A stretch of DNA of 64,000 nt. Source: Amoeboaphelidium protococcarum X5 (lineage: Eukaryota > Fungi > Aphelidiomycota). The translations under genes and the position numbers were made by a program. The stretch is taken from the NCBI GenBank assembly GCA_023515725.1, contig JALDTO010000200.1, positions 248,001-312,000 on the forward strand, given 5' to 3'. This document shows positions 41,921 to 53,686 of this stretch, one piece after another. Under the pieces are notes generated by a model. That model saw only the letters and a program-made list of their open reading frames with translations. It was not told where the DNA came from and searched no databases. Each line of letters begins with the position of its first letter. Position 1 is the first letter of the stretch.

Positions 41921-43688
41921 AGGGACTTACAGCTCTCGTGTTAGTTCCGCGTCAAGTTCGTATTCCAGCACTGTCGCCCGTAATGGTAGTAAGACTGCAC
42001 CAGTTGCTGCTAAAGCTAGTACTCCTGCTGGTAATTAGAATCAGAACACCACTGGTTCTACTTATAACGGTTGGAAGGCGGATATATCAGCCAGTAGTGA
42101 TCCTGTTATGACTAGCCTCGATGCTCCGTCAGATGTTGTAAAGCAGAATGAAAAGGTTGTGAGTAAAGTGGATGATATGCCGCCATTGTCTGCCCCGGCT
42201 AAGAAGCCTGTGTTGAGTTATGCTTCAATAGCTTAGAAGGATTTGCCTCAATAGTAGCAATTATCACAAGATAGTTTGTCTTCTAGCAAGAGTTCCTTAG
42301 GATCAGAATAGAAGAACAATTCAACTACTCCATCTTCAAATAGGCCTGTTGTGCAGAGTAAGCCTGGTTAGTCATCTGCCGCCAAACCAGCTATAAAGTT
42401 TGGCGACTTTGATGCGTAACCGGACGTTGTTGTTATTGATGACGTACCTAATGCTGACTCCAAGCCTAATGTTGAATCTGAATAGAAAACTTCGGAAGAT
42501 TCTGTTGATAATAGTGCTAAACAGGGCACTAAGGATTTGAAATAGGGATCCTCTGAAGGTATAAAGTAAAATTATTCCGTATAGAACACTTCGGACCTTG
42601 GATAGCAGTAAGATTAACAGCAGTCAGTGCAAAAGCGTGACAATAAAGAGCTAAAAGCTTCATCTGGTGAGAATATGCGCGATCCTGAAGCTAATATTAC
42701 GCACAGAAGTAAAGATACGCGAAAGCCATACGGTGGATAGGGCCAATATTATTCCCAAAAGTCATCTCAATTTTAGCCAAATTATAATGCGCCTTCTTTT
42801 GGTGCATAGATTCCATTTTACCCTGGGTACCCGCCTGCTATGTATATGATGGATCCTAGCTATGGCTACTTTCCTGCTCCGTACGCTCCACAGTTTGGCG
42901 ATGCAATGGTGCCTCCACCACTATAGTAGCAGTTATCATAACAGAGTGCTGCGTCATCTAATGTATCTACGGTGTCTTCTGTCTCTGGTTCACAGAATCC
43001 TTCATAGTTCAACTTGTCCGTTGCGTAATCGGCGTTAACATAAGGAAAGCCTCCTGTATTCGGATAGTAGTCTACATCAAGTGTTGGTGGTGTTGGTGCA
43101 ACGAGCGCGTCGTCTTCAGTGGCTGGTGCTCCAGTATCATAAACTCCATCTAAAGTTGGATCCTTTGGCAATTTGAGCTCCACAGATTTTGTTAGAGCAT
43201 CCACCAAGAAAAAGGTTTTCCGCTTAGTCGATCCTAATACTGGATAGGAGATCAAGTTGCCTGCAAAGTAAGTAAAGAAAGAGTAGCCGCCTGCGGGAGA
43301 TGAAGCCTAGTAGGAAAAGTCTAATGATGAAGTCAAAGAAAGCAAAGTGGAGACTAAGCAGACTGATGCTGGTGCTGCAGTAGTTGACTAGAAAGTAGAA
43401 GATGATGCTTCTAAGCCTCTGTCTTCTTCTGATAGTTAAAAAGCCGCACAATAAGATTTAAATGATTAGAAAGCTGTCGTTAAAGAGCCTGCAGCTGTCA
43501 ATGAATCTCCTGCTGCGAAGTCTTCTGAGAAAGTAGTTGAAAGCCCAGTAGATAAGCAGATTGCTCCAGTCGGTGAAGCTGTGAAGTCTTAATCATAAAC
43601 TTTGGAGAGTAAATAGGAAAATAGAGCTGATACCGCTGACAATAAGGCGGCATTGGATGAGACTTCAGTTAAGAAGACTATTGAGGTT

Positions 43689-43736
<48 letters not shown>

Positions 43737-45911
43737 GCTTAACCCGAGTCTTCAAAGCCTTTGGTTGAACAGAAGAATGCTTCTAGTTCTCTTGGCAGCA
43801 AGCCAGCTGTATCCAGGAATGTAAAGGATAGTCACTTATAAGGTAAAGAGCCAGAAGATGAAGTTGAAGTTTTGAACGCTGGTAAAGTTGAGTAAAAGCA
43901 GAATGTTGATGCAGTTTCCAGTCCGCTTGAAGAGGGCGAAGAGCCAGAATCTCTTGAAGAGCACGGTCACACTGTCACGTAGGATGGTAAGAGAATATAC
44001 ACTATTGACTTTTTGCTGTCATTGAGGGACTAATTTAAGGAGCGCCCTGCCGATTTACCATCAATGGAGGCTATTCTGGGTGAAGATGCTCCTGGCTAGA
44101 GAAGGCAATCAAAGCAGAGAGGTAGCGCTGATCACGGCCGTCCACTGGCTGGAAGACATACTGATATTATGCCGTCATCTATGAAGGGCTCCAGATACAG
44201 CGGTGTATAGAGGCAAACTTCTGGCAAAGCACCTCCGCCTGGCCTCCCACCTGGATTGAATGTCAAAGCTAGTGGTAATGCTCCTACTCAATAATAGAGA
44301 AGATCCAGTCATGCTTTTGGCTCATTCAAGTAGAGTAAATCCGATAGAAGATCTGCCAAGAATCAATAGCCTGATATTTCTATTTTGAATCAGACTGAGG
44401 ATAGATGGATGCCTTCAGCTTTGGCAGCACCTGGACAGATGGAAGCAAATGAGAAGATGAAGAGGCAGGTGAGAAGTTTCTTGAATAAGCTCACTGTGGA
44501 GAAGTTTACTCAGATTTCGGATAAAATGGTATTGCTTCCTCTGGAAAATGCAGACATGTTGAAAGATATGATACAGCTTATATTCGACAAGGCTACAGAT
44601 GAGTGGAAATTTAGTGAGATGTATGCTCAGCTCTGTCTGAAATTGTGGAGAAATCTTAAAGAATTCCCTCAGTCATATTATGATGCTTTGAAGTAGGATG
44701 ACCCGGATTTTGATTTGAACAATATCACAATCAACATTCTGTTCAGAAAGCTTCTTCTGGCTCAATGTCAATCCAGTTTTGAGGAGAGAACCAAATGGGC
44801 CAATGCTGAAGCTTTGAATGTCACTGATGAAATGTCCAAGGAGGACCTGGCTAAAGTGGCCGAGATTGAGAATGAAAGACGTAAGCAGAAGCGCAGATAC
44901 TTGGGTAACGTCAAGTTCTTTGGTCAGCTCTTCAAGGCTGGTATTCTGAGTCATGCCATTATATACAGGATTTTCAAGAGCTCTCTATCCGATGAGAATA
45001 TGAAGAATATGGAGGAAGAGGAGGCGGAGAGTTTGTGTGATTTAATGATCACCGTGGGAGAGAAGATTGATCAACAGGATGCCAAGGGCTATATTGATGA
45101 GATTTTCTCTAGGCTCTCTGCGCTGAGTTAAGATTAGAAAATTTCGATGCGCGTCAGGTTCAAGATTCAGGATGTTATCGAACTGCGATAGAGGAAGTGG
45201 TAGCAGAGAAGCGATGCCAATCTCATTGCAACTGGTCCGATGAAGTTGGATCAGGCGAGAAGACTTGCGGAGGAATAGGCACAAAAGTAGAAAGGTCTAC
45301 CTCCAGTTGCACCTCGTAGATCAGATCCGCCAAAGCGAGTCATGTCTAATGGATGGAATGTTGTATCCAATTAAAAGTCGGCCACTCAGTCATCCGCATC
45401 ATCCTTTGGTAGCCAAGGGGCCAGCGGTGGATCTTACAGCCATGATAACTTGAACTCTGCCAGATCTGGTCGCCCAAAGTAGAGAGGATTCAGTAGCAGT
45501 GGCAGTAGAGATTTGCCAATGTCAGAGTCGCAGAGTAGCCTCCCAAAGTCTGTATCATCATCCCAGGAGATGGAGGAGAGCACGTCGTCGTCGGCAAACA
45601 TATTCGATGCTCTGAATGATGCGAGTCAGGATGAGGAAGAAGTTGGGGATCAGGTGGATAGTTCACAGGAGGTTGAGGTTGCAGAGACTCCAGATAGTGA
45701 TGATGATCAATAGGTGGACAACTAGGAAGGTCAATAAACTATCGCAGAGACTTTAACAGGCAAAGATGAAGCTACTCAGTAGAGTTAAGACTTAAAGGAT
45801 AAAGAAGAACAACAAGTGGTAGTAGAAGAGAAAGAATAGAATAAGGAATAACAGGTATAATAGTAGTAGTAATAGGATGCTGGCAAAGATCAAAATGCAG
45901 AATAAAAGTGA
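41586..45911 (+). CDS. EIF4G: Eukaryotic translation initiation factor 4G
   Basis: eIF4E-binding motif YTIDFLL, MIF4G domain (VRSFLNKLT, IFDKATDE, FSEMYAQLC, LGNVKFFGQLF) and long Gln-rich low-complexity regions. Confidence 0.93.
43691..43736 (+). repeat. (TAG)n microsatellite encoding poly-Gln in eIF4G
   Basis: About 15 in-frame TAG codons; a second tract lies at ~41889-41920. Confidence 0.9.
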
Positions 45912-45950
45912 GGAAATGATCAACAATTTTTTATATCACCACTGAATACC

Positions 45951-47006
<1,056 letters not shown>

Positions 47007-47326
47007 TCTTATCTTTCGCGCAAGTTATGAGTGAGATGAGTAGTGATAGGATATATGAAAGTCTTCTCTGGAAGTCGTTCCCACTAAAGCACTTCGAACA
47101 GAACGAATTTCAAATTTAAACGCGACGCGAAACTTAAATATCCTAACGACCTACTGTAATAAGTCGTTTGACGATTGGAAGAGGAAATGGTTCTACTGAT
47201 GAAACAACTAGTTCACCAGCATGACAGCTATCATTTCGTGCTTATGCTTGAAAATAAAGAATTTCAAACGATATGGACTCAATGGACATTCTAAAAGTTT
47301 ATATCAAGTATAATCAAGCATATTCT

Positions 47327-48097
47327 TCATTAAACCTTTTGAGAAGTTGATACTAAATGATACGCGATAAAGTCAATGATGATGCGCCTGTTCAAAGAGT
47401 CTTGAGGAACTAAATGTCCCCCGCTGTGTTCCAGAATCTGAGGTGACTTGAAAGCTGTACTGAGCTCTCGTGAAGCTTCACATGCCACCACTCTATCTGT
47501 CTAGCCGAAAATGTGGAGTGTTGGCGGATAATGTATACACTCATTAGATAATAAAGAGCGATGCTGCGTCAGAGCAGATTTATATCCAGCCACAAGTACG
47601 GCAAAGTTGACTTCAATCACGCGTTCAGCCAGCAGTATTCCAACCAGGATGGCACCTTATGAAAAGCCAAATACTCCATCAAATGGTCCCTACACCATTC
47701 GCATTTTTCATTCATGATACGATGCATAATGAAGATCATAATCAAGCTAAAGACATGCTTACATTGTCAGCTATATAATTCTTGATGAATTCAATGCTCT
47801 ACTCAAGTCCACAGTATTCCCAGGTGGCATCATCGTGTTGAACCTTCCTAAACCAGCAGAACGTTTCCTCTGTAAGATCAACAGATTCATCATCAGGCTC
47901 AGTAACAACATGTGGCGCCTATAGAAAGTCCATCTCACAGTCCTATTACTTGGCCAACTGTTTCCGAATAGCCGACACTTATCGCCTGAAGCGATCCGCA
48001 GTTTGACCATATCCATGCAGACTTAAGATCTACACATACATCTATTACAGGCGATTAAGTCATTGATGATCGTGCCGATCAACATTACCTTTGACAT
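47327..48097 (-). CDS. FSH1: FSH1/OVCA2-family serine hydrolase
   Basis: LSLHGYGQ, GPFDGVFGFSQGA and HSGGHLVP; introns present. Confidence 0.9.
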
Positions 48098-48183
48098 AAT
48101 CACTAATATTTTTTTCACGATAAAGACACGTTTGGCTTCCACTAAAAAATAATCTCGGAAAAATAAATGGTAGGATTTAAACA

Positions 48184-50115
48184 TCATTCAAAAGTTTTAT
48201 ACACGGAATCTTGATACTTGATAATTCGGGGATGATGCATGGATTGCCAAATTTTATCTCTCACCACAGTGTTTGAGTAGCCAATAATATCATCATAACC
48301 TGATAGCAATAGTCCCTGTAAGTTTGTGCACCGACTAATACCGCAATACACCTGCCCACATTCGAAAGTGTTTCGCAGAGAGACGTGCAATGAATCTAAG
48401 CTTTTACCTTGGACTTTGTGAATTGTAGTGGCATATGCTAATCTAAGAGGAAATTGCCGTCTTATTAATGTGCCATTTATAAACTGACCATTGGCATTGC
48501 ACTGAATCGGCTCCTCTTCAGAAACCTTCTCCAACTTCACAATCTTGTTACTTTGACCACACTCACTTGCATTGCCAACCTGTCCACCCTTGCCGGGAAT
48601 TTAGACATGGATACAATCTGGTTATATACTTTTCACAATACCCACCGCACCATTCACGAGGCCTTAATTCACGTTCAAATTTCGAGTTAACACAACTTTG
48701 GCACCTAATCGCAGCCTAATTTCGGGCAGAAGGCTAAATGTTAATCCTGATTTCTAAACTTTATTCTAGTCATCATGCCACTTAACAAGCGATCCATCCT
48801 ACTGACGCAGTTCATGAAGAGCTTCTAGGCGGCAAATGTCACCACTATGTATCGTGTTATAAGCCAGCATTTTGTTATTCCAGCTGTCAGCTTCAGAATT
48901 GAGTGGATAAACATGCTGTATCTAATGAGGAGAGAATCGTTACTTATCTCTCTGTGCAATAGATTTATCAAATTAAATCAACTCGTCGACAAATCTATAT
49001 CGCTTTAGCTACGGTGAACCATCATCACCCGAGTCAACGATGTTGTGCTATTTGACAAATGGCAAAAGTTCAGCCAATGATTTACATTAGTCACTCGACA
49101 GAATTTTGAATAAAGGCATAGACCGCCGCTTCCATAAAGGTGTCTGTAATGCATGCAGCATACTATCAACTACTGGATATATGTCACAATCACCTAGGCT
49201 TTCGTATTTAACTGAGCGCAAATAATTCAAAAGGTGATGAAACAACAACTAATCTGTGCGCATATTCTACTGTAGCGTATGAATTCGCAATCTCTTCCAC
49301 GCTGTAGACTCAAAACAGAAGCTTTATTATAATTCTGCAACTTCAGATTTTCCTTGTTCAGCTTGTTACTATAATTCTTATTGAGTGGACGCGTTAAATT
49401 GCATAATCTGGTCCATATCCCCATTTAAAAGCAAATCTCTTGTCTCTTGATCCGCTTCAAATTTAACGGATGAAGTCTGAAGAGGCTGTCTTACAACTGG
49501 TGGCAACTATAAAAGATCGCCAGAGAGTACAATCTAGACACCACCAAAAGGCTTAGTAGATTAACGCTTAACGTATCGCATATAATGATCAAGGATATCT
49601 AAAGTGTCTGGATGTACCATGCCAACCTCGTCCACGATAAGCAATTTAGTCTCTCGAACCCTCTTCATTACGTGTTTATATACCTTATTCTGATGGTAGA
49701 GATTGCGAGCCACTTGTCGCAATTCATGAGTTCTCTCAGCGCGAGACTTGTAACATACTGACAACACCGACAGCTGTGGAGGTATGTTCGCAAAAGCGTG
49801 AATGGTTTAGACTCTATCTGCCGCACATGATCCTTCGCTCTCACCAGGCGGAGACATTAAATTCACAGCGGATATACCAGTAGGACAAATGACACGACAT
49901 CCCTCAAAGCTTTACATACATTTCTTGATCAGCAGCGACTTTCCACTCCCCGCTTGGCCCAGCAGTACTAGCGATTCGCCTCGTTGAATTTTTTCATAGA
50001 CTGACTTCTACTTGGCATTGAGTTCAAAAAATACTTATTTAACAGCATTCTACCCAATAATAGTAGTTTTACTTAATATTGCCCCAGTTTTCCTTTTCAA
50101 AACAGCCGCCAACAT
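48184..50115 (-). CDS. PIF1: Pif1-family 5'-3' DNA helicase (643 aa)
   Basis: GQAGSGKS, CPTGISA, IVDEVGM, PFGGVQ, GDLLQLPPV, NGAVG and QFPLRLAYATTIHKVQGKSL; no Helitron Rep domain. Confidence 0.9.
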
Positions 50116-51144
50116 TATATGAGCTATGTATGCTTCAGTCACGATCGTGCCTTCTATTGAAACTAAACGGAAAAGAACCGCGTTGGGCAGCAGTTGTATC
50201 AAGTTTGTTCTCACTACAACTGTGACTTGATCAACGCGAATCTAATAACAGTAAAGTGTTGGGAAATAACTTGCTTACTGCAATGAGTTATGTCTGTTAT
50301 AGAGTTAAAGATATGTCATAGTCAGTAACTCTTTGAAACTCCTCATTAATGAAAGACGGCCTTGCAACTTACTCTCAAATTTCAAAATTCAATCGTCTCA
50401 AAGTGTGTCACCTAATCAGGCGTGAAATCAAAGACTCGATTCTTTTTTTCCTTTCTATAATTTGATGTTAAATTGCTAAAATCTGCAGGAATAGTAGCAT
50501 AGCTAAATTAAGCAATTTACTTAATTACAAGGTAATTCAGCCAATCACATGAAATGAACAAAGTATTCACTAATTCCCCTGCTTTACGCACCCATTAAAT
50601 GCGTCACTTTACCTGAATTACTTCTTTTTCTCAATAAATTTAAGTCTCTATTTTAAATCAAATCTAATCTAATATGTTAACTTTTTAAGGAATCATTGTT
50701 GTGCAGACCGTTTCTTGGGCTAAGCCTCAAAAGCAATCTAAGTACCAAGTATCGTATCCGATTACGTGTCAATGAGAAAGAATGAATGAATGAGGTAAAT
50801 ATAATATAAAAAATCCAAAGTTGCACTCGGTTTAGGCCGTTAATTCTAGAGTTGAAACGAAATGCGATTGTAATTTGGGGATGATTTAACAGCTCTTCTT
50901 AAACAAATGGGGCTTTTCAGTTTCCACTATAGTGTTCAATTACAATCACATTCTTCCAACAATAAGATACCACCTGCGAAATGTGAAGGTTGGTCTTCCA
51001 GAGCTCCGGTTATCCGAGTGGCTTAGATTGAAGTGTGAAACATTTTCTCCTCAGTTGAGAATAAAGTCAGTATTTATCGAAAGATATAATTTATCTTTTT
51101 AGTTTCATCTTATAACGAAATGCCTAAATTCATTTCAAAACTCC

Positions 51145-51235
51145 GATTGGCCAGCGCTTTTCAGCAATCGTTGATTGGCTGAAATTGGATCGCATAACCG
51201 GATTATGTTCAATCCTATTTCCGTACTATAAAAGC
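51145..51235 (+). promoter_or_regulatory. Putative Pol II core promoter (three inverted CCAAT boxes and a TATA box)
   Basis: ATTGG occurs three times within ~45 bp, followed by TATAAAAG at ~51227-51234 and a pyrimidine-rich tract; ~190 bp upstream of the Fanzor ATG. Confidence 0.45.
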
Positions 51236-51419
51236 AGACTTTTGCTTTTCAATCCTTTCTTTTCCTTTTTAATTTATATTCTTGCACTCTATAGTTATTG
51301 GGTACAATAAGCTTTACTGTAATATCTCTCTACTACATATAGTACAAGAGATTGATAACGTGCTTACTAAACTGCATTTGTTTCAACGCGTCAAGTTGTT
51401 TCAGCCTATTTTTGCAACA

Positions 51420-53432
51420 ATGTGCTCCTAGATCATGTTGTGTGTTACTGAGTCCTCTTCAAAGAGCACAAAGGCAAATCCACCTGTCAATATCAAAAGA
51501 GCTGGGCCTCCGCTGAGCTGCAAGTGCGGTGGCACTGATCACTAAAGGATATCAAGCAAGAAATGTCCTCTGTATAAGCCGCGTTTGAAATACATGCGGG
51601 ATGGCCCTGATCCACGTCATCACCAATAGACCACGACATGCACTGTTAACAAGGGGTTTGTTGCCACGTTGGTTTAGCAGGAGTTGGGTCCTGTCATAAT
51701 GGATTCTGTGGCCAGATGTACCGACATTCATTACGATGCCAGTAGATTCCTCAATGGCTATGTCATCTGGATGTTAGAGTAAGGCCGTGATTACGCTTTG
51801 GTCAAGGCCTCATGCGCCAGATCTTTCAAGCTGTATTGGCTGTCAACCCCAACCGCCTTCATACTCGAAAGCCTGTCAGAGACGCGACAATCAATGAATA
51901 TTCAGTTATGTATTCAGCCTGCCGTCCCCCTGCTTTGCGATGGAATGATGGTGCTGGCTTGGGACAACTAATATCCACTATGGCGAGGTAGCATAGCGTG
52001 AATTGCCAAAATCACGTATCTACCAATCTCAAAAAATGGGTTGCCATGCTTCTGAATTTCAAGCTGACCAAACACATTGGCTTTATGTGCGATTCTGAGC
52101 AGATACACAAGCTGAAGTCGTATGCGTTGGCAGAAGTGGCGAAACGTCCTGAGGATCAGAACATGACGCGCTTCCCATAAGATGTCTGGTATGCTGTTGG
52201 CAATGAAGATGAACAGTAACTTCTGTTAATTGGTCTCGATCATGTAATTCTGAAAGCCAAGATTAAGACCGAGGACAAGCTCTGGAAGAAGCAGTGATTG
52301 GCCCTGTTTGGTGGACATATCTAAAGGTGTTGAAAAATGTCCTGAAAACGTTCCTCCGTCATAATAGAGAAGACGCAGAAGACGTCTTATAACCAGACGT
52401 CGTGGCAGAGGATTGCGGCTGTTCAGTTTAGTACCAATTGGGAAGCTTCGTCAGAAGCACATCTTGGTTGACACAGACGCGCTCCATGACCTCTATCAAA
52501 TGGCTGACATGGAAGTCCCTCCTAAGCCTGAATTCAGAAACTAGGCCGATGTATGGTGGAGAAGAGCTTTTGACGTTGACTCTGTGACCACTGCCAACAG
52601 AAGATTTGGGTACTCTCTAAGCACTGATGGCGTCCAGGTTAGTTTGCACCTGATGAAGCCATTCCAAGAGGCTGAAGTCAATGACTGGGGCTTTGATTTA
52701 GATGGGGCGTATTATCCGCTGGAAGTTGGTCCAAATACTAATGTCGTTGGTCTAGATGGAGGCCGTAGATGCCTGTACACCACTGTGTCTGGCGAGGGCA
52801 GAGACGATGAGCAAATGTGTCGAAATGTCAGATGGCAAGAAATCTCTGGCTCAACATATGCAAAGAAGAAGAAAGCTGTTTGGATGAGACACGATCCGCA
52901 AATGCAAGCTTGGATAACTCTGATCCCTACTCCTCGCTGCATGACACATGATGCTTATCATGCTCATCTTACTCATTTTCTGGGGTTGCGTAATCAATTG
53001 CTGGGCTTCTACCGCGACAGTAAATGGCGTCGTTTGCGCTGGAAGACACGTATCAAGCGATAGAAAGCGTACGATTAAATTGCGTAAGAGTTGTCCAATG
53101 GCAATGAGGACACAATAATTGCCTATGGTGGTGGTTCGTTCGATAGCTCCTCAAGAGGACATCCTCCAACTCCTACCAAGCATCTCTTTGTGGAGCTTAA
53201 ACGGAGATTCAAATGCAGGCTTATACCTGAGTATCGAACAAGCTAGGTATGTTCCAATTGTGACGGTTAGTTGACATAAACTAGATTCTGGGCGGTCAAA
53301 GAGTGCCAAAACCTTTGCTTGACTCTCTGGAATCGTGATGTTAACGCAGCCAGGAACATTAGTCGCGTATTTCTCTACAGGAATGAACACAATGGTGAAC
53401 GGCCAGAATAGTTTCGTCCCAGAAGGCGTTGA
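51420..53432 (+). pseudogene. Fanzor1 (TnpB-derived RuvC nuclease), ~670 aa reconstructed across three frameshifts
   Basis: N-terminal CKCGGTDH..SKKCPL knuckle; LRLFSLVP..KHILVDT; LSTDGVQVS; RuvC-I VVGLDGGRR; AYGGGSF; RuvC-II IPEYRTSQVC; zinc ribbon CSNC..CQNLC; RuvC-III WNRDVNAARNI. Frame changes near 51791, ~52260 and ~52378. Confidence 0.9.
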
Positions 53433-53570
53433 ATGACAATCTGATGCCCACTGTGGCTACGGCGGATATAAGGAGGGTTGGGCAGCCTGTTGATCTATAT
53501 TGCAAAGTCGTGGCCAGCTGCAGGTCCCATTTGGACCGCTTCAGCGTGCAAATATTGAGTGATCAATCCT
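53433..53570 (+). ncRNA. Candidate Fanzor omegaRNA scaffold / element right end
   Basis: GC-richer segment directly after the Fanzor stop with several complementary pairs (TGCCCA/TGGGCA, TGGCTACGGC/GTCGTGGCCA, GGTCC/GGACC, TTGATC/GATCAA). Confidence 0.55.
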
Positions 53571-53686
53571 TGTTATCTCTTCTTGTCTGCATTCCGTGAT
53601 TGTCTTTAAACTCTGCTACAATACATTGCATTTATTTCAATTCTCTCTTTATTATTATTAGTAAAACAATTGAATAAGTAATACTT

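Noticed and set aside
48184-53570. Complete Helitron carrying the Fanzor
   Set aside because: No Rep/HUH domain and no clear 3' CTRR terminus after a hairpin; kept only as a weak association finding.
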